Position numbers and translations under genes: made by a program | Origin: an uncultured Clostridia bacterium | Lineage (GTDB): Bacteria > Bacillota > Clostridia > TANB77 > CAG-508 | Direction: 5' to 3' | Assembly: GCA_944390365.1 (NCBI GenBank) | Contig: CALXPW010000005.1 | Location: 928-64,927, forward strand | DNA length: 64,000 bases | Part shown: piece after piece, positions 9,045-19,061 of the stretch | Layout: each line of letters opens with the position of its first letter | Position numbering within the stretch: position 1 is the first letter of the stretch | Notes under the pieces: model-generated | What the model was told of the DNA's origin: nothing | The model's database searches: none | Seen by the model: only the letters and a program-made list of their open reading frames with translations

Positions 9045-10139
9045 ATGGAATATCGTATTAACAAAAGGACACAAGATAAAATAAGTGTAATAGGACTTGG
9101 AGCAAGTTCTATATCGCAAGCAGGAAGTAAAGAAGCAGTGGAAACACTAAAAATGGCGTACGAAAATGGAATAAACTATTTTGACTTAGCAGCTGGAGAT
9201 GCCGAATGTTTTCCTTTTTATGGGGAAGCTTTTAAGGATGTTAGAGATAAAGTAATGTATCAAATACATTTTGGAGCAAACTATGAAAGTGGTACTTATG
9301 GTTGGACTACTAATTTGGACAAAATAAATAAATCTATTGCGTGGCAATTAGAACAATTAAAAACAGACTATATTGATTATGGATTTATCCATTGTTTAGA
9401 CGAAGAAACAGATTGGGATAACTATGTAAAAAATGGTGTGCTAGATTACATGAAAGAGTCAAAAGAAAAAGGAATAGTTAAACATATAGGAATTTCATCG
9501 CATACACCTCGTCTTGTACAAAAAGCACTAGACACAGGCTTAATAGATATGGTAATGTTTAGCATAAACCCAGGATACGACTATCATCATGGAGATTATG
9601 CTAATGGCTCAACAGATGAAAGAACAAGCCTATATAAAAGATGCGAATCAGAGGGCGTAGGAATTTCTGTTATGAAGCCATTCTCAGGAGGACAACTACT
9701 AGATGAAAGAACCTCACCATTTGGCAAAAAGCTTACTAGAGTTCAATGTATACAATATGCATTAGACAGACCAGGGGTACTAACTGTACTTCCGGGAATT
9801 AGAGAAAAAGAAGATTTGAAAGAATTGTTAAAATATGTTGATGCAACACCAGAAGAAAAAGACTATTCTATAATTGGAAAATTTGCACCAGCAGATGTAA
9901 CAGGAAAATGTGTGTATTGCAATCATTGTATGCCATGCCCAATGAACCTAGATATTGGTTTAATTAACAAATACTACGATTTATCTTTAGCAGGCGATAA
10001 CCTTGCAAAAGACCATTATATGAATTTAGACAAAACAGCAAAAGATTGCATAAGTTGTGGTCATTGCAATAGTAGGTGTCCTTTTAGTGTAGACCAAATG
10101 AGTAGAATGCAAGTAATAAAAGAATATTTTGGAAAATAG
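9045..10139 (+). CDS. Aldo/keto reductase with C-terminal 4Fe-4S ferredoxin-type cysteine motifs
   Basis: AKR-like N-terminus ('GLGASSI', 'INYFDLA', 'DYIDYGFIHC') plus 'CVYCNHCMPCP' and 'CISCGHCNSRCP'. Confidence 0.75.
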   Translation: MEYRINKRTQDKISVIGLGASSISQAGSKEAVETLKMAYENGINYFDLAAGDAECFPFYGEAFKDVRDKVMYQIHFGANYESGTYGWTTNLDKINKSIAWQLEQLKTDYIDYGFIHCLDEETDWDNYVKNGVLDYMKESKEKGIVKHIGISSHTPRLVQKALDTGLIDMVMFSINPGYDYHHGDYANGSTDERTSLYKRCESEGVGISVMKPFSGGQLLDERTSPFGKKLTRVQCIQYALDRPGVLTVLPGIREKEDLKELLKYVDATPEEKDYSIIGKFAPADVTGKCVYCNHCMPCPMNLDIGLINKYYDLSLAGDNLAKDHYMNLDKTAKDCISCGHCNSRCPFSVDQMSRMQVIKEYFGK

Positions 10140-10153
10140 AGAAAATAAAAAAT

Positions 10154-11245
10154 ATGAAAACAAATAGATATGAAAAAATAAATAATTTTATGAAAAACCT
10201 AAAATACGCACTAAAATCAATGCCAATCAAAATAAAAATAATAGCACTAATTATATTAGTTATTCTGGTCGCACTAATATCAATAGCTATAATTAGAGCT
10301 ATTAGAATAGAAGAAAGTAAGCAAAAATATGAAGTATACGATGGCACAAACTTAGACGAAAGCAAGTATCCAGGCTACAAGGAACTAATAGATAATTTAC
10401 AGACAAGCCATCCTAATTGGACATTTACTTTATTCTATACCAAGCTTGATTGGAACGAGGTAATTGCAAATGAAGGACATTCGGATTTAAGAACAAATCC
10501 GTTAAACCTAATACCGGACTCTTCTTCGTATCCAGAGGATTGGAAATGTGAAATCTGTGGAGACAAAAGGTATGATAATGGAACGTGGTTATGTGCTTCA
10601 GATAAAGCAATAAAATATCAAATGGATCCTAGAAATATTTTAAATGATGACAATATATTCCAATTTCTAGAACTAAAGTATACAGAAGGAGCGCATACAA
10701 CCCACGGCATACAATCACTTACAGAGGGTTCTTTTCTGGAAGGAGAAAGTATTGCAGAAGCTTTAATACAAGCAGGAGAAAATGCAAATGTAGACCCATA
10801 CTTTATCACATCAAGACTGATACAAGAGCAAGGAAGAAGTGGAACTACTTTGTCACGAGGGTATGAATATAATGGCGTAACAGTATACAATCCATTTAAT
10901 GTAAATGCAACGGGAAATTCAAGTGAAGAAATTATAGAAAATGCAGCTAGATATGCATTCGAGCAGGGCTGGGATACTCTAGAAAAGGCTTTGATTGGAG
11001 GAGTAAACTTTGTAAGAAATGGCTATATAGATGTAGGACAAAACACGTTATATTTGCAAAAATTTGATGTGGTAAATCAAGATGGAGAACTATATTGGCA
11101 TCAATATATGCAAAATTTATTGGCACCTAAGTCAGAAGCAAGCAATATGAAAGCTATATATGAGGCATCGGGTACACTAAATGCAAGCTTGAATTTTATA
11201 ATTCCGTTATATGAGAATATGCCGGAAGAAGCTTCGGAATATTAA
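10154..11245 (+). CDS. Membrane-anchored glucosaminidase-domain (GH73-like) cell-wall hydrolase
   Basis: N-terminal TM. 'DPYFITSRLIQEQG' and 'YNPFNVNATG' resemble the GH73 catalytic region. Confidence 0.55.
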   Translation: MKTNRYEKINNFMKNLKYALKSMPIKIKIIALIILVILVALISIAIIRAIRIEESKQKYEVYDGTNLDESKYPGYKELIDNLQTSHPNWTFTLFYTKLDWNEVIANEGHSDLRTNPLNLIPDSSSYPEDWKCEICGDKRYDNGTWLCASDKAIKYQMDPRNILNDDNIFQFLELKYTEGAHTTHGIQSLTEGSFLEGESIAEALIQAGENANVDPYFITSRLIQEQGRSGTTLSRGYEYNGVTVYNPFNVNATGNSSEEIIENAARYAFEQGWDTLEKALIGGVNFVRNGYIDVGQNTLYLQKFDVVNQDGELYWHQYMQNLLAPKSEASNMKAIYEASGTLNASLNFIIPLYENMPEEASEY

Positions 11246-11390
11246 ATGTAGGAAAAAATTTAATATTTTCCTACATTTAATAAAAACCACTACACAAAAT
11301 AAAAAAAGTATGATAAAATATTTAAGGTTATTTAATTTTGCATAAAATATGCAAATAATAGATAGAAAAAATAAAAAGGAGGAATTAACT

Positions 11391-12116
11391 ATGTCGGGGC
11401 ACAGTAAATGGCACAACATACAAGCAAAAAAAGGAAAAGCAGATGCAGCAAGAGGAAAAATATTTACAAAATTAGGTAGAGAATTATTGATAGCAGTAAA
11501 ACAAGGAGGACCTGATCCGGCTGGTAATTCTAAACTTAAAGATGTAATAGCAAAATGTAAGGCAAATAATATGCCAAATGATACAATAAACAATGCAATT
11601 AAGAAAGCTTCAGGAGCAGGAAACAGCGAAAATTATGAAGAAATTACGTATGAGGGCTATGGTACAAATGGTGTAGCTGTAATAGTTGAAGCAAGTACAG
11701 ATAACAAAAACAGAACAGCAGCAGATGTAAGACACGCATTTGACAAAGCTGGAGGAAATTTGGGTACATCTGGTTGTGTATCATACTTATTCTCTAAAAA
11801 GGGAGTAATTGTTATAGATAGAACTACAACAGATTTATCTGAAGATGATATGATGATGTTAGCTTTAGATAACGGAGCAGAAGATTTTGAAGCTAGTGAT
11901 GAATGTTATGAAATAACAACATCACCAGAAGATTTTGCTAAAGTTAGAGAAGCATTAGAAGCACAAGGCTTAGAATTCTTAGAAGCAGAAGTTCAAATGG
12001 TTCCATCTACATACATTAAATTGGATGAAAAGGATAGCGAGAAAATGCAAAGGTTAATAGACAACCTAGAAGATTTAGATGATGTTATGAATGTGTACCA
12101 CAACTGGGAAGAGTAA
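11391..12116 (+). CDS. yebC: YebC/PmpR family DNA-binding transcriptional regulator
   Basis: '[27 protein letters not shown]'. Start moved to the ATG at 11391, behind AAAGGAGG. Confidence 0.9.
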   Translation: MSGHSKWHNIQAKKGKADAARGKIFTKLGRELLIAVKQGGPDPAGNSKLKDVIAKCKANNMPNDTINNAIKKASGAGNSENYEEITYEGYGTNGVAVIVEASTDNKNRTAADVRHAFDKAGGNLGTSGCVSYLFSKKGVIVIDRTTTDLSEDDMMMLALDNGAEDFEASDECYEITTSPEDFAKVREALEAQGLEFLEAEVQMVPSTYIKLDEKDSEKMQRLIDNLEDLDDVMNVYHNWEE

Positions 12117-12177
12117 AATTGAAAAATAATTGCGTTTTGTCGTTGTTGAATTACATTTTTATAATATAATATTAAAG

Positions 12178-12224
12178 GCAGAGAATTTATTATTCAGTAT
12201 ATAGAAATAGTTCTCTGCTTTTTT
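12178..12224 (+). terminator. Terminator-like hairpin after yebC
   Basis: GCAGAGAA / TTCTCTGC stem (large loop) followed by T6. Confidence 0.5.
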
Positions 12225-12244
12225 ACTAAAGAGAGGGGAAATTT

Positions 12245-13810
12245 ATGAAGAAAAAAGGTTTGATAATTACAATTATAGTATTAGTAGTTCTACTAGTTTT
12301 AGCAGGAGGAGCCTTTGCATATATATATTTTGGAACAGATTTATTATTATCAGAAAGACAAGGCTTTGAAAAATATGCTATACAATTGGTAGTTGGAGAA
12401 AACAAGTTTATATCAAGCAATTTAGAAAACTATTATAACAGAAAAGAAACAACTCCATATACTACTGATGGCTCAATAAGTGCAGCCACAATGCTAATTG
12501 GAGATGCTGCCTCAACAAATTCTACAGAGGTACAGAAATTAGTAGACATACTTAGATATAGCGACCAAGCATCTATTTCTTTTGAAGGAAAAGTAGATAA
12601 TGCAAATAAAAAGTTTGAGCAAAATATTTCAATCAATTATTCAGATACAGTAAAATTTCCATTTACATACAGAGTTGATGGAGATATATACGGAATACAA
12701 TCAGATGAAATTGGTGCTACTTATATTGCAATAGACAATAATAATTTGCCAGAATTATTCCAAAATCTAGGAGCAACTGATGTAACAGGTATACCAAACA
12801 AGTTGGAATCTACAGAGCTACAAAGTGCAAACTTCACAGATGAGGAAAGAGCACATATATTAAATACATATATTTTACCAATATACAATGGTATAACAGA
12901 TGATAAATTTTCTAAACAAGATAACTCTGATGGTTCTGTAACATACACACTTACATTAACTACACAAGAACTAAAAAATATGTTATTGCAAGCTTTAGAA
13001 ATTTTAAAAGAAGATCAACTAATGATTGATAAGTTAAATGGTATAGCACAAGAACTATATGGTGACAATTATAATGAAGAAACTATGGAAATAAATCAAA
13101 AAAGTATACAGGAGTCTATATCAAATATTGGAAGTGCTTCAATAGAAGATGGCACAGTACAGCTTGGTATAACTCAATCAGACAGGAGAGTAAACAAAAT
13201 AAGTATAAATTATGGAGAGATAACTATAAATATTTCAAAATTAAGTTCTAATCAATCAGGAGATAACTATAATATATCAATACTAAAAGGAGGGTATACT
13301 CTATTTGATTTAGAAATGTCTTATTCAGTAATAGATACTAATAGTTTGCATGAACAATATATTGCTACAGTTAATATTGAAAATAAAACAACTACTAAAT
13401 ATCATTATTCTAATACAGTAACATTTGGAAGTAATATAAGCTTTGAACCACTTAATGCAACAAATTCTGCAATATTAAATAGTTATTCTACTGAACAGTT
13501 ATTACCATTCTTAGGACAACTAGGAATTAGAATTGTACAAATAAACAATGAGCAGATGACTGAACTTGGTTATCCAACAGAGTTAATAAATCCAGTCATT
13601 ATGTGGTTTGCAACACCATCAATAATAACAACTATGCAAAATCAAGAGAATATAGTTGATAATGCAGAGAAAGGACAACAAAATTTTAATGAAACACTAG
13701 AACAAGATAATGAAAGCTTAGACAATATAGAAGGGCAACTACAAGACTTATATGAAAACTCAGAAGCAAATAATGTAGATACATCTAATATTACTGCAAA
13801 CATAAATTAA
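12245..13810 (+). CDS. Membrane-anchored hypothetical protein
   Basis: 521-aa ORF, RBS GAGAGGGG, single N-terminal TM. No family recognised. Confidence 0.5.
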   Translation: MKKKGLIITIIVLVVLLVLAGGAFAYIYFGTDLLLSERQGFEKYAIQLVVGENKFISSNLENYYNRKETTPYTTDGSISAATMLIGDAASTNSTEVQKLVDILRYSDQASISFEGKVDNANKKFEQNISINYSDTVKFPFTYRVDGDIYGIQSDEIGATYIAIDNNNLPELFQNLGATDVTGIPNKLESTELQSANFTDEERAHILNTYILPIYNGITDDKFSKQDNSDGSVTYTLTLTTQELKNMLLQALEILKEDQLMIDKLNGIAQELYGDNYNEETMEINQKSIQESISNIGSASIEDGTVQLGITQSDRRVNKISINYGEITINISKLSSNQSGDNYNISILKGGYTLFDLEMSYSVIDTNSLHEQYIATVNIENKTTTKYHYSNTVTFGSNISFEPLNATNSAILNSYSTEQLLPFLGQLGIRIVQINNEQMTELGYPTELINPVIMWFATPSIITTMQNQENIVDNAEKGQQNFNETLEQDNESLDNIEGQLQDLYENSEANNVDTSNITANIN

Positions 13811-13973
13811 AAAACAATTATAAAATAGTTCTAAAATAAAAAATACAGCATATATATTTAATATATGTTGTATTTTTTTATTGCATAGGAAAACAGTTAA
13901 AATAAGTAAACTTAATCTTGTTGCTTCAGAAATTTGCATTTGTAATAAAAAATTAAAAGAGAGGTAATAGCAA

Positions 13974-14870
13974 ATGAAAAATAATGTTTTAGAAGTACTA
14001 GAATATTTTCCAAATAAAATAAGGGAATGCTTAACTAAGTATGAAAAAGTATTATATGAAACTCAAGAAATACATTTGTATACTAATAGAAACATATACT
14101 TAAGGACAAGTTCAGACGAAGTAGAAGTTAATTATATAACTATAAGCAATGACATATTAGAAACACTTCAACGTATTTGTGATAATTCTATTTATACATA
14201 TCAAAACCAGATTTGTAATGGATTTATTACAGTAAAAGGTGGGCACAGAGTAGGTATATCTGGCGAAGTTGTAATAAAAGATGGACAAGTAATAAATATA
14301 TCCTACATATATAGCTTAAACTTTAGAATTGCAAGGCAAGTGCTTGGATGTAGTAACACAGCATTGCCATACATATTAAATATTAAAGAAAATACTGTGT
14401 ATAACACAATTATTTTATCACCACCGGGTAGAGGAAAAACTACACTGCTAAGAGATGTTGTAAGAAGCATAAGCAATGGAATTGAAGAAATAGGATTTAG
14501 AGGTATACACGTAGGTATAGTAGATGAAAGAGGAGAAATTGCTGCTATGTATAAAGGAACTCCTCAAAATGATGTGGGAAAGAGAACTGATATATTAGAC
14601 AATATTAGCAAGGACAAAGGTCTAAAGATGTTAATAAGAGCAATGTGTCCACAAGTGGTAGTGGCAGATGAAATTGGTACGAAAGAGGATATTGAAGCTA
14701 TAAAGTATGCAGTGACATCTGGAGTAAAAGGAATTTTTACAGCGCATGGTGGAAATTTAGATGATGTTTTGCTAAATCCTATATTAAAAGAACTGTATAA
14801 CTTAAATATAATCGAAAGGACTATTTTGATAAGCTCAAATAGAGAAATTAACTTAATAGCTAGCAAATAA
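13974..14870 (+). CDS. spoIIIAA: Stage III sporulation protein AA (AAA-type ATPase)
   Basis: Walker A 'SPPGRGKTTLLRD' and Walker B 'VVVADEIG'. First gene of a colinear spoIIIA operon. Confidence 0.9.
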   Translation: MKNNVLEVLEYFPNKIRECLTKYEKVLYETQEIHLYTNRNIYLRTSSDEVEVNYITISNDILETLQRICDNSIYTYQNQICNGFITVKGGHRVGISGEVVIKDGQVINISYIYSLNFRIARQVLGCSNTALPYILNIKENTVYNTIILSPPGRGKTTLLRDVVRSISNGIEEIGFRGIHVGIVDERGEIAAMYKGTPQNDVGKRTDILDNISKDKGLKMLIRAMCPQVVVADEIGTKEDIEAIKYAVTSGVKGIFTAHGGNLDDVLLNPILKELYNLNIIERTILISSNREINLIASK

Positions 14871-14959
14871 ATTTTACATAATCAAAAGATAAAACTAGAA
14901 CAAATTAAACTATTTTACTTGTTAAGAAAGAAAAAATATAGAGAAAGGGAGGAAAACAA

Positions 14960-15469
14960 ATGATTTTTATAAAAACTTTTATTTTATTATTGATATTCAT
15001 CGGAAGTTTAAATGCAGGCAAAATAATTGCTAAGAAATACTCAAACAGAGTACAAGAATTACGTGATATGAAGAATGCACTTAATATGTTTTTAACCAAA
15101 ATAAAATTTACTTATGAGGCCGTTCCAGTAAGTTTTAATGAAATAGGAAATAATATAAATGGAAATATTGGAAAAATATTTAGAACTGCTTCTGAAAATA
15201 TGAAAGAAAAATCAGCTGGAGATGCATGGGAAGAAGTGGTTGATAAAACTCAAACTAGCCTAACTAATGAGGACAAAGATATAATAAAAGGTTTAGGAAA
15301 ACTGCTTGGAAAAACTGACCTAGATGGGCAAGTAAGTGAAATAAAACTTGTACAAAATTTTTTGACTACACAAATTGAACTTGCTGAAAAGGAAAAAGAA
15401 AAAAACGAAAAACTATATAGAACTTTAGGTGGAGTAATAGGAATTGCAATAGTTATAATATTAGTTTAA
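14960..15469 (+). CDS. spoIIIAB: Stage III sporulation protein AB
   Basis: 169 aa with terminal TMs. Position and size match spoIIIAB. Confidence 0.75.
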   Translation: MIFIKTFILLLIFIGSLNAGKIIAKKYSNRVQELRDMKNALNMFLTKIKFTYEAVPVSFNEIGNNINGNIGKIFRTASENMKEKSAGDAWEEVVDKTQTSLTNEDKDIIKGLGKLLGKTDLDGQVSEIKLVQNFLTTQIELAEKEKEKNEKLYRTLGGVIGIAIVIILV

Positions 15470-15551
15470 AACATGCAAAATTTGAAGCCACACTATGGAA
15501 TTTTAAATCATAGCACAAATTATCTTAAGGTATGGTTAGAAAGGATTTATT

Positions 15552-15746
15552 ATGGATATAGATTTATTATTTAAAATTGCAGCAATTGGGATTTTGGTAG
15601 CAGTTCTTCATCAAGTACTAGTAAGAGCTGGAAGAGAGGACCAAGCTATGATGACTACACTTGCTGGACTAGTTATAGTTCTTACTTTGGTAATTAAGGA
15701 GATAAGTACGTTATTTGATTCTGTAAGGATAATGTTTGGACTATAG
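15552..15746 (+). CDS. spoIIIAC: Stage III sporulation protein AC
   Basis: 64-aa two-TM protein, 'FKIAAIGILVAVL.QVL..AGREDQA'. Confidence 0.85.
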   Translation: MDIDLLFKIAAIGILVAVLHQVLVRAGREDQAMMTTLAGLVIVLTLVIKEISTLFDSVRIMFGL

Positions 15747-15807
15747 AAAAAGAGGATAGTCCCCTTTTTCTGGAAAAGTTAACATAGAGAAGAGAGGAAA
15801 CCTAATA

Positions 15808-16194
15808 ATGGATATTATAAAAATTATCGGAGTAGGACTTATTGCTTTAATAATAATTATCATAATAAGACAATATAAACCAGAATTCACTCTATATGTC
15901 TCTTTACTTGCAGGAGCTATTATCCTTGTATTTCTTATGGATAAAATAACTGGAATAATTGATTTATTAACTTCACTTTCAAATAAAGCAGGTGTTAATA
16001 ACGAATTTCTTACTTTGCTAATTAAAATTACAGGAATTGCATTCTTAACAGAGTTCGCAGTTAGTATATGCAAAGATACAGGCGAAAATGCAATAGCTAA
16101 CAAAGTGGATATGGGAGGAAAAATAATCATAGTATCAATGTCAATACCAATAATTTCTAGTTTATTAGAGACTGTTTTAGAGGTAATGCCATAG
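15808..16194 (+). CDS. spoIIIAD: Stage III sporulation protein AD
   Basis: 128-aa polytopic protein, 'RQYKPEF', in operon order. Confidence 0.8.
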   Translation: MDIIKIIGVGLIALIIIIIIRQYKPEFTLYVSLLAGAIILVFLMDKITGIIDLLTSLSNKAGVNNEFLTLLIKITGIAFLTEFAVSICKDTGENAIANKVDMGGKIIIVSMSIPIISSLLETVLEVMP

Positions 16195-16248
16195 TGTAAA
16201 ACTTAATGTATATACAAAACATAAGACAAACAAATATGGAGGACTATT

Positions 16249-17443
16249 TTGTTAAAAATAAAAAATAAACAATTAGTAAATTTAAAATTATGGATAATAA
16301 TCTTAAGTTTTATATGTATCTGTATAATCCCACATAATGTACAAGCCTCAGAAGAGACTATAAATAGCGAAAGTATTATGAAGTCACAACAAGAAGCACT
16401 AAACATAAATTCGTTTATTCAAGAAGCAGATAAGTACACTAAAGATGTATACGAAGACTTAGACATGGGAGAATTGTTTACATCAGCAATTACTGGAAAT
16501 ATAGACAATGGAACAATAATAAACAGCATTCTAAGAGCCGTTCGGTGGAGAAGTTTTTGATGCAATAGGAGTTTTGGCAAGCATTATTGTAATAATAGTT
16601 ATACATAGCATTTTAAAAAATATAAGTGAGGGACTGGAAAACAAAGGAATAGCACAAATTACATATTATGTGCAATACATACTTATAGTAACACTAATGA
16701 TGACGAACTTTGTGCAAATATTAGATGTTATAAAAGAATCTATACAGAGTTTGGTTGGATTTATGAACTCTTTAATACCAATCCTAATAACTTTGATGAT
16801 AACAACAGGAAGTGTAGTATCAGCGAATTTAATTCAACCAATAATATTATTTGTAATTACTTTCATTGGCAACTTTATTACTGGGATAATAATTCCACTT
16901 GTTCTAATTTCTACTTCACTTGGAATTGTATCTAAAATATCGGACAAGGTGCAAATAGATAAATTATCTAAATTCTTCAAAAGTAGTGTTGTATGGGTAT
17001 TAGGTGTTGTACTTACACTATTCGTGGGACTTGTATCCATAGAGGGAAGTTTAAGCAGTAGTGTTGATGGAATAACTGCTAAAACTGCAAAAGCAGCAGT
17101 ATCTAGCTTTATACCAGTTGTAGGAAAAATATTAGGAGATGCAGTTGACACAGTAATAGGTTGCAGTTCAATACTTAAAAATGCTACAGGAATTGTAGGA
17201 ATAGTAATTATAACAGGAATTGTGGTATTACCTATTGTAAAACTGGCTGTGCTGATGGGAATATATTACTTGGGCTCGGCACTTTGCCAGCCTATAGCAG
17301 ATAGCAAAATAGTTTCACTATTAGACCAAATGGGAGACACATTTAAAACCTTTCTTGCAATAATGTGTAGTGTATCTGTAATGTTTATCATAGGGGTCAC
17401 TTTAGTTATAAAAATATCTAATAGTGGAATGATGTATAGATAG
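16249..17443 (+). pseudogene. spoIIIAE: Stage III sporulation protein AE, interrupted by an apparent +1 frameshift near 16541..16546
   Basis: ORF 16249..16560 (signal peptide plus N-domain) and ORF 16574..17443 (polytopic core) are consecutive parts of one SpoIIIAE. The second frame is open from 16535 and reads 'FGGEVFDAIGVLASII'. Removing one base in GTTCGGTGG joins them. Confidence 0.75.
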
Positions 17444-17455
17444 GAGGGATATTCT

Positions 17456-18184
17456 ATTGATTGGTTAAGTGATTGGTCACAAGCAATAATAGTTGCAGTA
17501 ATAATAGGTACGATTATAGAAATGATATTGCCAGAAGGGAATAGTAAAAAATACATAAAAGTAGTAATTGGAATATATGTATTATTTACCATAGTATCAC
17601 CTATTATTACCAAAATATCTGGTAAAGAAATACAAGTATCAGACATAATTGACTTAGATGAGTACATAGAAGAAGCTAAAACCGCTAGCGAGACACAAAA
17701 TCAAATGGAAATACAGAATGAGGATAATATACTTGATATATATGTAAGTGGAATAAAAGAAGATATGAAAGCAAAAATAGAGGCAAAAGGCTATGTTGTA
17801 AACAATATAAATATAAGTGTAGCAAAGGATGGAAGTTATGAAATACAAAGTGTTGTACTAAATGTGGAGAAAAAAACAAGCTATAGTACAGAAAATACAA
17901 AAACAAAATCTACAAAAAAACAATTTGATAATGTAGAAAACATGGAAGATGTGAAAAATGTAGAAAGCATAGAAGTAGTAAACAAAGTAGACATAAATGT
18001 CTCAATGAATAGCACAGAAAATAGGAATAATAGCAATAGTAAAAGTAGTATTGAAAACACTACAGAAACGACGAGTAGTAATAATAATGAATTAAATGAC
18101 TTATCGATAATGCAAAAACAAGAACTAAAAGAATACATTAGTAGTGTGTACGAAATAAAGGAAAACAACATAACAATAAATTAA
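17456..18184 (+). CDS. spoIIIAF: Stage III sporulation protein AF (probable non-canonical ATT start)
   Basis: The frame is open from 17444. 'DWLSDWSQAIIVAVIIGTIIEMILPEG' supplies the conserved first TM, which is missing if the ATG at 17522 is used. GGAGGG lies 7 nt upstream of the ATT at 17456. No in-frame ATG/GTG/TTG. Confidence 0.65.
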   Translation: MDWLSDWSQAIIVAVIIGTIIEMILPEGNSKKYIKVVIGIYVLFTIVSPIITKISGKEIQVSDIIDLDEYIEEAKTASETQNQMEIQNEDNILDIYVSGIKEDMKAKIEAKGYVVNNINISVAKDGSYEIQSVVLNVEKKTSYSTENTKTKSTKKQFDNVENMEDVKNVESIEVVNKVDINVSMNSTENRNNSNSKSSIENTTETTSSNNNELNDLSIMQKQELKEYISSVYEIKENNITIN

Positions 18185-18196
18185 ATGTCGTGTTTG

Positions 18197-18247
18197 GGGA
18201 CAGGTCTGATTGAGACATTTATGGCATTTTTCGGGACATGTCTGATT
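18197..18247 (+). repeat. Two 15-nt direct repeats GGGACA(G/T)GTCTGATT in the spoIIIAF-AG spacer
   Basis: Copies at 18197..18211 and 18233..18247 (14/15 identical). A related 15-mer lies at 22..36. Confidence 0.7.
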
Positions 18248-18367
18248 CTTGATATCCTAAAGCAACAAGGTTCTGTAAATCATTGACAAAAATATTTAAA
18301 GCTTATTTGGTTTTGTTCCTTATTGTAAGCTAGAAAAATTGTATACTAGAAAAGGAGGAAAGAAAAA

Positions 18368-19003
18368 ATGTTAAAAGATAAGATAAAAGGTTTATTAGCT
18401 AAAAAAGAAGATGAACCAGACAAGAAAAAACTAGAAAATTTAGTAGTATTTGTAATTATACTTATCATAACAATAATTATAATAAATTTTATTTGGAATG
18501 GAGATTCTCAAGATAATGGGACAAATACACAAACTACAGATGCTAATAAGAAATTAGCAACAGACTCTGAAAATCAAAATAGTAGTGCAGAAAATACAGA
18601 GACAGACAATACAAATAATACTGTAGTAAAAGAATTAGAAGATATTTTGTCAAACATAAATGGTGTCGGCAAAGTAAAAGTTATGATTACATATTCAGAA
18701 ACGAGCAAAACAATACCAGTATATAACGAAGAAAGTAGTCAGCAAGACACAGAAGAAACAGACAGCGAAGGAGGGACACGAAAAATTACACAAACTGATA
18801 CAAAAAAAGAAGTGATATATGAAGAAAATGGGGACCAAAAAACGCTAATCACACAAAGTGTAATAAGCCCAACAGTAGAAGGCGCGATTATTACAGCAGA
18901 GGGGGCAGGTGATGTTACAGTTAAAACTAATATAATACAAGCAGTTTCTGCAGTAACAGGATTATCTACTCACAAAATACAAGTATTTGAAATGTCACAT
19001 TAG
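18368..19003 (+). CDS. spoIIIAG: Stage III sporulation protein AG
   Basis: 211 aa, N-terminal TM, 'INGVGKVKVMITY' and a C-terminal 'EGAIITAEGA' ring-forming domain signature. Confidence 0.8.
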   Translation: MLKDKIKGLLAKKEDEPDKKKLENLVVFVIILIITIIIINFIWNGDSQDNGTNTQTTDANKKLATDSENQNSSAENTETDNTNNTVVKELEDILSNINGVGKVKVMITYSETSKTIPVYNEESSQQDTEETDSEGGTRKITQTDTKKEVIYEENGDQKTLITQSVISPTVEGAIITAEGAGDVTVKTNIIQAVSAVTGLSTHKIQVFEMSH

Positions 19004-19061
19004 GGACATACCTGTCCCCAAAAGTGCCAAATGGCACTTTGGTGACAGGCACCAAGGTGCC
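19003..19061 (+). repeat. Three consecutive GC-rich hairpins in the spoIIIAG-AH spacer
   Basis: GGGACA-tacc-TGTCCC (19003..19018), AAGTGCCA-aa-TGGCACTT (19022..19039), GGCACC-aa-GGTGCC (19048..19061). Confidence 0.75.

Noticed and set aside
13861-13973. A sigma-E-type promoter for spoIIIA (e.g. CATAGGAA near 13884).
   Set aside because: The match to the CATACA-T -10 and ATA-rich -35 consensus is too weak to call by eye in such AT-rich DNA.
16574-17443. Treating 16574..17443 (TTG start) and 16249..16560 as two independent genes.
   Set aside because: Together they reconstitute one colinear SpoIIIAE, and the second frame is already open and homologous upstream of the TTG. There is no RBS before 16574.
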